From the IMG/VR virus record IMGVR_UViG_3300009509_000003: a DNA stretch of 64,000 nucleotides. One strand, given 5' to 3'. Both the position numbers and the translations under genes were made by a program. Under the pieces are notes generated by a model. The model did no database searches. It was given only the letters and a program-made list of their open reading frames with translations, and was not told the DNA's origin. This document shows positions 9,838 through 19,180 of this stretch, piece by piece. Positions within the stretch are counted from its first letter, which is position 1, and each line of letters begins with the position of its first letter. Source of the DNA: an uncultured virus (IMG/VR IMGVR_UViG_3300009509_000003) (lineage: Duplodnaviria > Heunggongvirae > Uroviricota > Caudoviricetes).

Positions 9838-11173
9838 TAGGCTCCTCGAATTCCAATCCAGCTACTAGCTGGGACAGGGCTTGTAGGGTCCTAGCGTAGA
9901 GCAGGAACCCGTGGTTGCGAAGGTTGATCACGTCCGCCATGATCCTTCCTCCTCCTGCCCGTTCCAGTTGCATGGCAATCATGTTTTGAATCTCGAAAGC
10001 TTCCCTCATATCACCGCAGGGAAAGTATTTCTTCGTTGTCGGGGCGTCCTTCACACGCGCGTGCCCGTGGATGAAATAGTTGATCTCGGGAAACGTCTCG
10101 AATAGCCACAGCTGTACCGGGGTATCGACGCTAGGCTTCCGAGGGCCGTAGTACCTCACTCCTCCGGAAGAGGCGATGTCCACAAGGACCATGTCATCGG
10201 CGCTCAGGCGTTTCTTATCGGTATTTCGTGGACTTATGAGAACTTGATCTTCACTGTGCCTCACACCGGGAAACATACCTTGACATCGCGTGGAGACGTT
10301 TCCGAAGTAGCGCTCGCCGATTGAGTTCTCCACCGTGTCGGCAACCTCGTGTGTCAGCTCCATGAGCTTCTGGAGATCCTCTCCGCGCTCATCTATGCGG
10401 CTCGAACCCGTCCGAATGGAGCCTTTCGTCCACCAATACAGCTCCATGATGCTGCTCACCAAAGAAGCGAGATCGATTCCAGGCTCGGCCCACCAGTTCG
10501 CCATGGCGTCCCGCAAGCCGAACGCAAACTTCCCGTCTTCTCGTGGACGTACTTCGATCACGGCGTTAGCGTGCATCGTGAAAATACGAGATACGCTGTC
10601 CGCTCTCGTATAGCCTTCACGCATCACCTTCGAGCACACCAACACTGCGCCTCTGTTTTTGGTTGGATAGTACGCGTCCCACTCATTTGCGATATTCGGC
10701 ATCCAGATAACGAGCGGCCATCTAGTCATGTCGGTGAGCAGCGTTGAGATAGTCCCGCCGTTGAAGGTGCGGACCGCCTGAAACTCAAGAGCCAGCTTAC
10801 TCACGACTCCCGATGGCTTCCCTTCCGTCCCCCACGTTCCTCCAACAATCGCTATTTCAGGAGGGATATGGACGTTCAATATGTTCCGCATTTCTCGGAA
10901 GTAGGTCACGCCTTTGGCGATGTCGTCGCGGAACCCATCGGTGAACGGAGCCTGACAGCTTTTCTGAATGTAACACTCGTCGCACTTCTGATTCTCCAAC
11001 GTCGAACCCACGTCTTTGCAAACAGGACAGACATCGTAAGCATACGACAGTGCTCCCGTCTTCTCGTAATGTCGGAGCTTTCGTGTCAGCCCCTCCATGA
11101 CGATGGTGTGTTGGCGAGGCGTAAGCCGTATCAGTTCTTTCTCGTACTCGGGTTTCATCAGTGCTTCAGTCAT
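9827..11173 (-). CDS. Class II aldolase/adducin-domain protein with N-terminal extensions
   Basis: GNVSTR, KPSVDTPVQ, FIHGHA, LRNHGFLLY. Confidence 0.8.
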   Translation of the reverse strand: MTEALMKPEYEKELIRLTPRQHTIVMEGLTRKLRHYEKTGALSYAYDVCPVCKDVGSTLENQKCDECYIQKSCQAPFTDGFRDDIAKGVTYFREMRNILNVHIPPEIAIVGGTWGTEGKPSGVVSKLALEFQAVRTFNGGTISTLLTDMTRWPLVIWMPNIANEWDAYYPTKNRGAVLVCSKVMREGYTRADSVSRIFTMHANAVIEVRPREDGKFAFGLRDAMANWWAEPGIDLASLVSSIMELYWWTKGSIRTGSSRIDERGEDLQKLMELTHEVADTVENSIGERYFGNVSTRCQGMFPGVRHSEDQVLISPRNTDKKRLSADDMVLVDIASSGGVRYYGPRKPSVDTPVQLWLFETFPEINYFIHGHARVKDAPTTKKYFPCGDMREAFEIQNMIAMQLERAGGGRIMADVINLRNHGFLLYARTLQALSQLVAGLEFEEPNDG

Positions 11174-11271
11174 TGCGCGCTCCTTGATCCTAGCGAGAGA
11201 GCGTCTCGCTTCCGATTTGAATGGTATGCTATTGACGAGAGAAGGTCAAGAAAAATGTGGTACGATGAGGC

Positions 11272-11721
11272 ATGCCCGCGAAGAAGAAAAAGAAGCTTCC
11301 GCTGGTCGAACGCACCGACTCTCGAGGGCTCGTAGAGCTGAAGTTTCCCGGAATTGAAGCAACGTTTCCTGGAACGAATCGCTCGGTGATGGTCGTTCTT
11401 TGCTTCGGCATATGCGCGCTCGTGATCATCATCCCCGTGTGTTTCTATCAGGTGTTCTCTGCAGAGCCCGAATCGCTGGAAAGAGTAGGTCAAATTCTCC
11501 GCGGGGACGGTAAACCACGAGAGCCTGTAAAAATGCCGGTGCAGACGAACAACGGTATCGAGATGATCGAGGTTTGCCCGCCGTGCCCTAATTGCGACGA
11601 AATGGGGTGCATGGATATGTGCCCGATCTCGGAATGTCAGTGTCCTGTCTGCCAGCCTATTCCGCCTCCGCCGCTGCCGACCCCGTCGGTTATTCCAGAC
11701 AAGGAAGCGCCGGCATTTTAG
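11272..11721 (+). CDS. Membrane protein with Cys/Pro-rich tail
   Basis: TM segment, CPPCPNC repeats and a promoter-like sequence upstream. Confidence 0.6.
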   Translation: MPAKKKKKLPLVERTDSRGLVELKFPGIEATFPGTNRSVMVVLCFGICALVIIIPVCFYQVFSAEPESLERVGQILRGDGKPREPVKMPVQTNNGIEMIEVCPPCPNCDEMGCMDMCPISECQCPVCQPIPPPPLPTPSVIPDKEAPAF

Positions 11722-12377
11722 AATCGCCGAGTAGGTCGTTTGCGCTTGGACCCGAGAACTAGCTTTTTGCGTACTTCTCGAGCGGTCTTCTTGCTCATGT
11801 GGTCGATGATGAGGCGCCCTTCGAGGTGGTCAAACTCATGCTGGATGGCGCGAGAAAGGTCCGAGCTGCAGGCTAAGGCGTAGGGCTCGCCGTGGTGATC
11901 GTAGGCCTTCATGATGACCTGTACCGGCCTTTCGATGATCTCCACGACATCGGGAAACGAGAGACATCGCTCGGCGTCTTGCCTGGTCTTCTCGTTGAGA
12001 GGCCATATCTTCGGGTTCACTGCGATGAGCAACTGATTGCGCGGTTTTCCGGGCTCTGGGGCTTCGTTGTTACGAAGGTCCACTAGAAACACGCGCGCGG
12101 GCACGCCTATCTGAGGAGCCGCTAGGCCGACGCCTTCTATCGAGTACAGCGTGATGGCCATGTTGGCGATGAGCTGTCGCAGCTCTTCGTCAAACTCCAC
12201 TTCTCCAGCTTCGTCTCGAAGTCTAGGGTTCGGATAGGTCAGCACTGGCTGCACGGAACCGTCCCCGCAGTCGTAGAGCATCTCCGGTTTCGGGGGGCCT
12301 AGTCCTCGAGTCTCCCTGGCCATCTCCGCGAGGTCTTCGCCAACGTCATCAAGGTTTATTCTGGTCGGTATTTTCAT
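11718..12377 (-). CDS. def: Peptide deformylase
   Basis: GVGLAAPQIG, ERCLS, QHEFDHLEG. Confidence 0.95.
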   Translation of the reverse strand: MKIPTRINLDDVGEDLAEMARETRGLGPPKPEMLYDCGDGSVQPVLTYPNPRLRDEAGEVEFDEELRQLIANMAITLYSIEGVGLAAPQIGVPARVFLVDLRNNEAPEPGKPRNQLLIAVNPKIWPLNEKTRQDAERCLSFPDVVEIIERPVQVIMKAYDHHGEPYALACSSDLSRAIQHEFDHLEGRLIIDHMSKKTAREVRKKLVLGSKRKRPTRRF

Positions 12378-12446
12378 GACCCCCTCGATTCTTCATCCAG
12401 TCCGCCACATCATCAAGCACGAGCGCTACGATGATCCCTACCACCA

Positions 12447-12794
12447 TCACTGCTGCCACCTGTCCTTCACCTCATCCACTCTAAGCTGGGATTCTTTCGA
12501 CACGACCTTGTAGGCTGACCGCGCTCTCAGCTGAAGCTTCAACAAGTCCCCCTCTTTGAGTTGAATCGTGTTGAAGTACTTCGTCGGCGGGAGCATGATG
12601 ACTGCCTTGTCCTTACCGGCCCGCTGCAGCAACAGGCGGCCTTCGGATTTGGCGTAGTCGTAGTCATGCTCCACGGTCACGTTGTAGATCAGAGACCCGT
12701 TATCGATCGCAATCTCCACGTCGTCGATCCATGTCACGCTCGTAGTCTCGATCTTTTCTTTTCGGATGGCTACGTAACTACTCATGAAAGCCAT
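12447..12794 (-). CDS. Hypothetical protein
   Basis: 115 aa ORF. Confidence 0.5.
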   Translation of the reverse strand: MAFMSSYVAIRKEKIETTSVTWIDDVEIAIDNGSLIYNVTVEHDYDYAKSEGRLLLQRAGKDKAVIMLPPTKYFNTIQLKEGDLLKLQLRARSAYKVVSKESQLRVDEVKDRWQQ

Positions 12795-12832
12795 CTTACA
12801 CCCCTATTCCATTTATCCAAGAATTTTCTGCT

Positions 12833-13276
12833 CTACTTGATTCTGCGCACGAGTGTTAGGGGCAAAGGCCCGGTCTCGGTTCCATCCCTGTCTAGCCGAA
12901 CATTCGCGTACTTATAGTCGGTCTCGCCGACTTCGATGACTGTTCCGGTCTCTCCCGCCGCCTCTTTGAAAGTCAGCTCCACCCTGTCCCCAGCCACGAG
13001 CGTTGTTCCCACGACCACGGGCTTGGGGACGGGCGCGGACGCGGGCGACGCGTTCGTGTGCCTGTTCAGCCACTCAGTTACCCGATCCATCCAGTCTCGC
13101 AAGTCCTCGGTGTCGAGGGCGGCGTACAAGAAGAACCGGCTCAGGGCTTCGGCAGGGATCGATAGTTGAGTGCCGTCTCCTTCGGCCTCGGGAGGTCGAA
13201 CGATGTCTATCCAACCGCTCAGGTCCGAGTTGTAGTGGAACAGAATCCCCGTCTCTTTGTCCTTGTAGGTGTGCAT
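12833..13276 (-). CDS. Hypothetical protein
   Basis: GAGG RBS, 147 aa. Confidence 0.6.
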   Translation of the reverse strand: MHTYKDKETGILFHYNSDLSGWIDIVRPPEAEGDGTQLSIPAEALSRFFLYAALDTEDLRDWMDRVTEWLNRHTNASPASAPVPKPVVVGTTLVAGDRVELTFKEAAGETGTVIEVGETDYKYANVRLDRDGTETGPLPLTLVRRIK

Positions 13277-13278
13277 GG

Positions 13279-14850
13279 CTACCTCGTTGCTTTATTTGAG
13301 AGGGCAAACTTCGGATCGGCGAAGGCAGACTCTTCCTCGTATGCGAAGTCCGCACACGCGGGATCAGGCTGACAGTGACGGGCATCGGGGTCGTGCTGGC
13401 ACTCGTCGCAGATGATCTTTCCAGTGTTATCTGCTCCGCACGTGGGGCAGAACTGGGCTGCTATTGGAAGTGTCTTACCACAGCACTCCCAGACATTTGA
13501 TGTCGCTTTCTCCACCTCTTTTCTCCATTGCTCCACCTTTTTCATGTCGCGCCGTAACATCTCCTCGGTTGTGGAGGGCCCGAGCTGGGATTCGATCGCC
13601 AACACCCGTTGCTGGAGATTGTTCAAGGGAGCGTAGTACTTCCCGACGAACCCAGACACTTCGGCCACGTTCGGATCCTCTGAGCCGCCAACGATAGGTC
13701 GAGGGATATCAAAGTGTCGGCACAGATCGTAGTAGTGCCCCTTCCACGTTCCGGCCTCGGTCTCGTCCTGGTCTTTGAGGACTTTGATCTGCTCCTTCAT
13801 GTCCTCGATGTGGTCGTGTTGGGTGAGAACCTTTTGCTGCTCTTTCTCATAGGCTGCCTGCAGGGTATGGAGCATTGCGGTCTTGTCGTCTATTTCTTCG
13901 GTGGCCTTGTCATGGGCACTCTTCCAATAGTCGATCTCTTCCACTCGCTTTGTGGCGAGCGCCGTGATGGCTCCCCACGATGTCTTGGTGTCCGCCTCTT
14001 CGGCCTTCAGGACGGTCGCGAGCTTCTCCTGAACTTCAGTTGTGGCCGCGCGCATGGTTGCGAGGGTAGTGCGCGACTCGTCGGTATCCCGCCGCATGCG
14101 CGCCATCTCCCACGCCATGGCTGCATTGTCCAGCTCGGTGTCTCCGTAACCCCGCTCCTTCACCCACTTCGGGAGTGTGTGATTACGCCATTTGCCGTGG
14201 ACTTTACGATAAATGAGGTCTCGGTAGTCGGGAGGGTGCTTGTAGTTGGACTGCTGCGCAACGATGTCGTAGTAAAACTCACCGCTCAGAATTCTGTTCT
14301 CGATCGCATCGTTGTCTTCGGAGTCCTCATCGTTCCACGGTTTTGGAAGATGAGGCTCTATTGCTTTTTTGATAACATCGAGGTTCCGGTCGAGTGCCCC
14401 TTTGTGTTTCTCGTAAAACTCCCTCATATCGCCAGCTCGCAGCTTCGCCCGCTCCTCTCTCGACACACCGAGATGCTCCAAAGCCGTCTCGAGAAAGCCC
14501 TGAATCCCGGAGCGATGGCGCGCCAGCTCTTCTCCCATTTCGAGCACAGTCGGGTGATACGCTACCGCGCTCGGATACCAATACCCGGCATTGCGGAACC
14601 AGCGATAGGCTTCGTCGTAGAGATCGGCTTTCACGCGATACTTATCCCGCTCTTGCATAATGCTGATGACTTCATCGACTATCCCAGCTCGCATTTCATC
14701 GAGTCCCAGGGTGGCGGTGTGGAGTGTCTCTTGGAGTTTTTCCGACTCCTCCCTGGCCTTCTTCCTGGCCAGCTCTCGCTCAACCGCGTCCTTTGCTCGC
14801 CGTGCTTCGTCGTGCAGAAATTGGATTCTAGGTGTCTTATCTTCGGACAT
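13279..14850 (-). CDS. Coiled-coil protein with C-terminal zinc ribbons
   Basis: Charged heptads; CC..CPTCG..CDEC at the C-terminus. Confidence 0.7.
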   Translation of the reverse strand: MSEDKTPRIQFLHDEARRAKDAVERELARKKAREESEKLQETLHTATLGLDEMRAGIVDEVISIMQERDKYRVKADLYDEAYRWFRNAGYWYPSAVAYHPTVLEMGEELARHRSGIQGFLETALEHLGVSREERAKLRAGDMREFYEKHKGALDRNLDVIKKAIEPHLPKPWNDEDSEDNDAIENRILSGEFYYDIVAQQSNYKHPPDYRDLIYRKVHGKWRNHTLPKWVKERGYGDTELDNAAMAWEMARMRRDTDESRTTLATMRAATTEVQEKLATVLKAEEADTKTSWGAITALATKRVEEIDYWKSAHDKATEEIDDKTAMLHTLQAAYEKEQQKVLTQHDHIEDMKEQIKVLKDQDETEAGTWKGHYYDLCRHFDIPRPIVGGSEDPNVAEVSGFVGKYYAPLNNLQQRVLAIESQLGPSTTEEMLRRDMKKVEQWRKEVEKATSNVWECCGKTLPIAAQFCPTCGADNTGKIICDECQHDPDARHCQPDPACADFAYEEESAFADPKFALSNKATR

Positions 14851-15412
14851 CTTTTGCCTCCTTGGCGACGAGCTGAATCGTCACTCCGTCAACGTCCAGA
14901 AGGGCGCAGTCGACCAGCTCGATGGTGTTTGTGGCCTCCACAAGCGTTACCAGCGGACCCGCTAGCTTCACTCCACAGAGGCGAACAAACCCTTTATCGA
15001 ATTTGTTCTTACTGAGCGTGCAGACACTGTCGAACGCCCACGTCCCGCCCTTCACGTTCGGCTCTCCAACAACGTACAGATCGCACGGATCGAGCAGTCC
15101 CATACCCAGTCGCTCCGAGCCGTTGATCCAGTCGAAGACGCGGTCATACGCTTCTTTGTCCGAAGCCGACTCGCCTTCTGGAAGGGTGATGTTGAACGTA
15201 GGCAAACTCAGGGTTGAGGCCGGTCGTGCAATGCCCCGAGAGGTTCTCGTGATAACAGGCGGCTGGTAGCTCGGATCGACTCCAGTCTTCTGCTTTCCCA
15301 GCTCATTCTGCAAACGCTCGATGCGGTTCGCTGCTCGAAGAAGTCCTTCGGCTAGATCCTCGTGCTCTTTGGCTGTCTCGCGCAGCCATTGCGCTGTTCC
15401 TGGAGTAGTCAT
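14837..15412 (-). CDS. Hypothetical protein
   Basis: 191 aa; first gene of the leftward operon. Confidence 0.6.
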   Translation of the reverse strand: MTTPGTAQWLRETAKEHEDLAEGLLRAANRIERLQNELGKQKTGVDPSYQPPVITRTSRGIARPASTLSLPTFNITLPEGESASDKEAYDRVFDWINGSERLGMGLLDPCDLYVVGEPNVKGGTWAFDSVCTLSKNKFDKGFVRLCGVKLAGPLVTLVEATNTIELVDCALLDVDGVTIQLVAKEAKDVRR

Positions 15413-15490
15413 TCTTCGTCCTCATCGTCCTCCAGCGCGCAGAAAGTACAAATGCGGTGATGTTTACCCATTGATTCCTCCAGATCGCAT

Positions 15491-15552
15491 TACCACATAG
15501 CACGCGATGGTCAGCGAAGTCAATAGCAATCGTAGGAGCGACCGCCGGTCGC
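15491..15552 (-). promoter_or_regulatory. Phage promoter motif with palindromic operator
   Basis: TACCACATAG...GTCAATAGCA followed by GCGACCGCCGGTCGC. Confidence 0.55.
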
Positions 15553-15909
15553 TCGGGGGATCTCTTCGCGCATAGAAGGAATACAAGAATAGTACGTTCC
15601 AAAGAGCGGGAAAAATCGACATTTCGAGCGATTTTTTCGCTTGACAGTTCTGTTTGCCCTTGACAGGATAAAAGTGTGACGCGGGAGGACCGCAGAAGAT
15701 TTCGGTAGGCAGATGGTACACCAAGCAACACATAGACTGAAGCGCAAAGGAGGCGAACAACCGTCCTTGTGGACGATGTGTTCACCCTCCAATAGCGTGA
15801 GCTATGATTTTGCCGCCATCGCGCTTCAGGAGGGAACCCCGGGGTAGGCTGAAGCGCATACAAAGACGCGAAGCCGCCCCGGGACACCGAGGCGGCTTTT
15901 GACGTTTTA

Positions 15910-15982
15910 GGGTCTATGAGCGTAATCGGAAGCGCTCCTGACTTTTAATCAGGCGGTCCGGGTTCGAGTCCCGGTGGACCCA
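15910..15982 (+). tRNA. tRNA-Lys(TTT)
   Basis: cctga ctTTTaa tcagg; GTTCGAGTCC T-arm. Confidence 0.9.
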
Positions 15983-16086
15983 CTGATAGAAGGAAGTTCC
16001 ACGGTGAGGAGCTTCGCAGCGACGGCTGAAACGATCTGTGACAATTGAGCATCTTTACCCCGGGGCTACCCAGGCCTCGGGGTCTT

Positions 16087-16163
16087 GGGCCTGTAGCTGA
16101 GCCAGGTTTTAGCATCCGGCTGTTAACCGGAGGACGGGGGTTCAAATCCCTCCAGGCCCGCCA
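16087..16163 (+). tRNA. tRNA-Asn(GTT)
   Basis: tccgg ctGTTaa ccgga; encoded CCA. Confidence 0.9.
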
Positions 16164-16188
16164 GCTAGGGCGCTGAAACGCGCCGAAC

Positions 16189-16261
16189 GGGTCGGTAGCA
16201 CAAATGGTTGTGCAGGGCACTCTTAATGCCAAGGTTGGGGGTTCGAGTCCCCCTCGACCCT
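16189..16261 (+). tRNA. tRNA-Lys(CTT)
   Basis: ggca ctCTTaa tgcc. Confidence 0.9.
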
Positions 16262-16266
16262 CTATT

Positions 16267-16337
16267 TGGGGTGTAGCCAAATGGTAAGGCAACGGGTTCT
16301 GGCCCCGTGACCGGGGGTTCGACTCCCTCCACCCCAG
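16267..16337 (+). tRNA. tRNA-Gln(CTG)
   Basis: acggg ttCTGgc cccgt. Confidence 0.9.
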
Positions 16338-16339
16338 CC

Positions 16340-16468
16340 GATCCGAATGCTCGATGGGGAGTACATCGTCTGGTAAACGATCGATGCGGGTTCGATTCCC
16401 GTCCGTCGCCCGAAAGGGTGGCGGCCATTGGATGGGGATAAAAACTCTCTGTCATCCCTTGTCGGATC
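16340..16468 (+). ncRNA. Y RNA-like 1 (permuted tRNA-like domain)
   Basis: GATCCGA-ATGC...TACAT...CTTG-TCGGATC terminal stem; anticodon-like arm, T-arm, closed acceptor hairpin. Confidence 0.75.
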
Positions 16469-16472
16469 ACTT

Positions 16473-16546
16473 TCCGGGATCGTCCAAAGGGTTTAGGATG
16501 TCTGGCTTTGACCCAGAAGATGGGGGTTCAAATCCCTCTCCCGGAG
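16473..16546 (+). tRNA. tRNA-Gln(TTG)
   Basis: tctgg ctTTGac ccaga. Confidence 0.9.
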
Positions 16547-16550
16547 CTAA

Positions 16551-16599
16551 CCCGATACCTCAACCGTCAGACCCGGAAGGGAGCAGCGGAGAGGTCGGG
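16551..16599 (+). ncRNA. SRP (4.5S) RNA helix-8-like hairpin
   Basis: CCGTCAGACCC-GGAA-GGGAGCAGCGG resembles GUCAGGUCCGGAAGGAAGCAGC. Confidence 0.7.
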
Positions 16600-16699
16600 G
16601 GCCGCTCTCTGCTGAATTTCGCAATCAGGGAGAGGGGCTGCGCCTCCGAGAGACCAGGAGAGGTCTCGTGGCACGATACGCCCTGCCCGGAGACGCTCT

Positions 16700-16744
16700 G
16701 GGTGCGTAGTGTTAGCGGCTAACACGTCGGTCTCCAAAACCGCG
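16700..16744 (+). pseudogene. 5' half of a tRNA-Trp(CCA) upstream of an HNH gene
   Basis: Acceptor 5' strand, D-arm and cggt ctCCAaa accg; no T-arm. Confidence 0.65.
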
Positions 16745-16778
16745 TTGATTTTCGAGTCCATAATGTTACCATTGACAC

Positions 16779-17225
16779 ATGACTATAAAGTGCACGGAGT
16801 GCGGAGAAGAGAAGCCTCCGGAGGCGTTTTCTTGGAGGAAGAAGAATGTCCGAAGGCATCGACGGTGCAAAGAGTGCCATCGGCGCTACAACCGAGAGCA
16901 CTATCAGACTAATAAAGAGGACTACCGTCCTCGATACGCGAAACGCAAAAAGCGGCATCAGGAGGTATTGAAAGAGTTTATAGGAGGGTGGCTTACCTCT
17001 CACGAGTGCGTAGACTGCGGAGAGACGGACATCCGTGTTCTAGAATTCGATCACAGAGAGAAGAAGAACTTCAACATCGCGCAGGCTGTTCATAAGTGTA
17101 TTGCGTTACGTACCCTCAAAAATGAGATCAGCAAGTGCGAAGTTCGATGCGCGAATTGCCATCGCCGAAAAACGTCTATAGAGCAAGGATGGTGGAAAAG
17201 TAGATACGGGACACGCTCCGGGTAA
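16779..17225 (+). CDS. HNH endonuclease
   Basis: CVDCGE..LEFDH..CANCHRRKT. Confidence 0.85.
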   Translation: MTIKCTECGEEKPPEAFSWRKKNVRRHRRCKECHRRYNREHYQTNKEDYRPRYAKRKKRHQEVLKEFIGGWLTSHECVDCGETDIRVLEFDHREKKNFNIAQAVHKCIALRTLKNEISKCEVRCANCHRRKTSIEQGWWKSRYGTRSG

Positions 17226-17279
17226 GCGGGCTGGTCTCCAAAACCGGCCGTCTGCGAGGTTCAACTCCTCGGTGTCCTG
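17208..17279 (+). tRNA. tRNA-Trp(CCA)
   Basis: ctggt ctCCAaa accgg; overlaps the HNH stop. Confidence 0.8.
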
Positions 17280-17281
17280 CC

Positions 17282-17391
17282 GAGCCGAATGCCACGAGGG
17301 ATTACATAGACTAATTGGTAAAGTCATTTCGCTATCAACGAAACATTCCGGGTTCAAGTCCCGGTGCAATCTCTCAAATATTTGTCGGCTC
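17282..17391 (+). ncRNA. Y RNA-like 2 with an embedded unpermuted cloverleaf (ATC anticodon loop)
   Basis: GAGCCGA-ATGC...TTTG-TCGGCTC stem enclosing D-arm, tttcg ctATCaa cgaaa and T-arm. Confidence 0.75.
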
Positions 17392-17395
17392 TTTC

Positions 17396-17473
17396 CCGGG
17401 CGCGGTCCAGTCTGGAGTGGACGCCTGCCTGTCACGCAGGAGATCGAGGGTTCAAATCCCTTCGCTCGGGCCA
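17396..17473 (+). tRNA. tRNA-Asp(GTC)
   Basis: cctgc ctGTCac gcagg; CCA. Confidence 0.9.
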
Positions 17474-17581
17474 AGAAGCCTACCTTAGCGATGGCCGAAG
17501 ACATCGTGTAGGTGGATTGGTTGCCTCGAAGCTAAGCGCACGGACCTTGAGCAAGTCCGGGTGGCAGAGGCAGCGCTCAAC

Positions 17582-17653
17582 GGGGCGTTAGTTCAATCGG
17601 TAGAACCGAGGACTGAAAATCCTCAAATCTCAGTTCGATTCTGAGGCGTCCCA
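17582..17653 (+). tRNA. tRNA-Phe(GAA)
   Basis: gagga ctGAAaa tcctc. Confidence 0.9.
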
Positions 17654-17655
17654 CC

Positions 17656-17721
17656 GACCGAATGCCGAAGAGATTACATCACCGCTACCCCAGGTAATAT
17701 CTCTTCAACATCTTGTCGGTC
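17656..17721 (+). ncRNA. Y RNA-like 3 (minimal)
   Basis: GACCGA-ATGC...GATTACAT...CTTG-TCGGTC. Confidence 0.7.
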
Positions 17722-17724
17722 TCT

Positions 17725-17799
17725 CGGGCTGAGGGCTTGATGGTAAGCCGCCTGGTTTGGGACCAGGAGTTTGTGTGGGTTCGACTCCCACCAGCCCGA
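17725..17799 (+). tRNA. tRNA-Pro(TGG)
   Basis: cctgg ttTGGga ccagg. Confidence 0.9.
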
Positions 17800-17903
17800 C
17801 TCTCGGTGAGCTGATACACCGGTGTAGCACAATCGGGAGTGCCTCTGTTGGTGCACCAACATACCACCGAAAAACAGTGACAGCCCGGAAAGACGGGCAA
17901 CCT

Positions 17904-17988
17904 GGCCCCCTTTCCACCTCGCCGGCTGTAACCCGGTGGCGCTATTATGGGTGGTGGCGCGCAAGCGGTTCGATTCCGTGGGGGGCCA
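17904..17988 (+). tRNA. tRNA-Tyr(GTA), atypical (no D-arm)
   Basis: ggccccc/gggggcc acceptor, gccgg ctGTAac ccggt, long variable arm. Confidence 0.65.
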
Positions 17989-17992
17989 ATCC

Positions 17993-18064
17993 GCCGACGA
18001 AGTCCTACGGTGGGACGCATGACTGTGGATCATGTCTTACTGGGTTCGACTCCCAGCGTCGGTA
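17993..18064 (+). tRNA. tRNA-His(GTG)
   Basis: catga ctGTGga tcatg; no genomic G-1/C73. Confidence 0.8.
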
Positions 18065-18068
18065 CTAC

Positions 18069-18141
18069 GATCTCGTAGTCCAAACGGAAAGGGCATCAGC
18101 CTCCTAAGCTGAGAATCTGGGTTCGAGTCCCAGCGGGATCG
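18069..18141 (+). tRNA. tRNA-Arg(CCT)
   Basis: tcagc ctCCTaa gctga. Confidence 0.9.
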
Positions 18142-18143
18142 CC

Positions 18144-18582
18144 GAAGTGTATGCGGAAGGTTGGCTTAGAAGCAGCCATCCTCTAAGGAGTGACGAGAGG
18201 TAGCCTATTACGGTTGGCGCGACCCAGGCATAGAACAGCCGCCTTCCGCTATTACCACGGGCCAGTATCCTGTGGGAGGATGGATCGGGGAACGGCGGTG
18301 TCACCTCAGGGAGTGGGACAAGCGAGACGACGTGAACAGATCAGTCGGATTTCTTCAAGCTCTCGAAAGAGGGAGGAGTTCCTACCGGCACGGTCTGTAG
18401 CGTTCGATTCGGGCTGGGTACCTAGACGTCATGGTTTGCCCGCATATTACGAGAGGAACTGCGGGTCTGATCCGGGGAGGCCCGAGAACCGGTAGGGTTG
18501 CAACTCTGGATTCGTCCAGTGAACCGGAGATGCCATGACTGGCCCTTGGAGTCTTTGGCGTAACAGCACACCCATACACTTC
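18144..18582 (+). ncRNA. Large ncRNA containing a 23S rRNA L11-binding (H43/H44) mimic
   Basis: GAAGTGTATG/CATACACTTC closing stem; GGTTGGCTTAGAAGCAGCCATCC...GCGTAACAGCACAC. Confidence 0.7.
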
Positions 18583-18584
18583 AT

Positions 18585-18658
18585 GCAGGAGTGGTCTAGT
18601 TGGCAAGGACGTCCGGCTGATAACCGGGAGGTCGCGGGTTCGAATCCCGCCTTCTGCA
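18585..18658 (+). tRNA. tRNA-Ile(GAT)
   Basis: tccgg ctGATaa ccggg. Confidence 0.9.
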
Positions 18659-18729
18659 CTAGTCTGGTAGCCTGGATATAACGACCCAGCACAGGGGATG
18701 GGGTCGGGGATACCAGGCTACTAGACTCT

Positions 18730-18802
18730 ACCTCGCTAGCATAATGGTGAATGCACCGGTCTTATAAATCGGCGATTCCCGGTTCAAGTCCGGGGCGAGG
18801 TA
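18730..18802 (+). tRNA. tRNA-Ile(TAT)
   Basis: ccggt ctTATaa atcgg. Confidence 0.85.
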
Positions 18803-18804
18803 CC

Positions 18805-18952
18805 GAAGTCTTAGTTGTTGGCTGACGGTGAGGCACGTTGGAGATGTCGGCTAGTGCCCGATACTGTCGTAAACAGCCTGCGGATTAGGGTGGCCTAGCA
18901 TCCGCATAAGCGGGTATTACGATGGCGTAGCAGACCTCACTACTAAGACTTC
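18805..18952 (+). ncRNA. Unclassified structured RNA
   Basis: 11-bp closing stem GAAGTCTTAGT/ACTAAGACTTC between two tRNAs. Confidence 0.5.
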
Positions 18953-18954
18953 CT

Positions 18955-19025
18955 GGGCGATTGGTGAAGCGGGATCACGTCAGCTCGACGCGCTGAAGTT
19001 GGGGGTTCAACTCCCTCATCGCCCA
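18955..19025 (+). tRNA. tRNA-Val(GAC)
   Basis: tcagc tcGACgc gctga. Confidence 0.85.
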
Positions 19026-19180
19026 CCGGCTTCGCACATCGGGATCGCTACCCGGCAGTGTGGAGTGATCGCTAAAACGCTGCATAGCCCCGGCAGCACA
19101 TGGAAGGGCCTCTAACCTGTCTGGCTCCTGTATCTCACCATGGAGTTAGGACCGAGATGGGCGAGGAAGGGGCGATAGTT

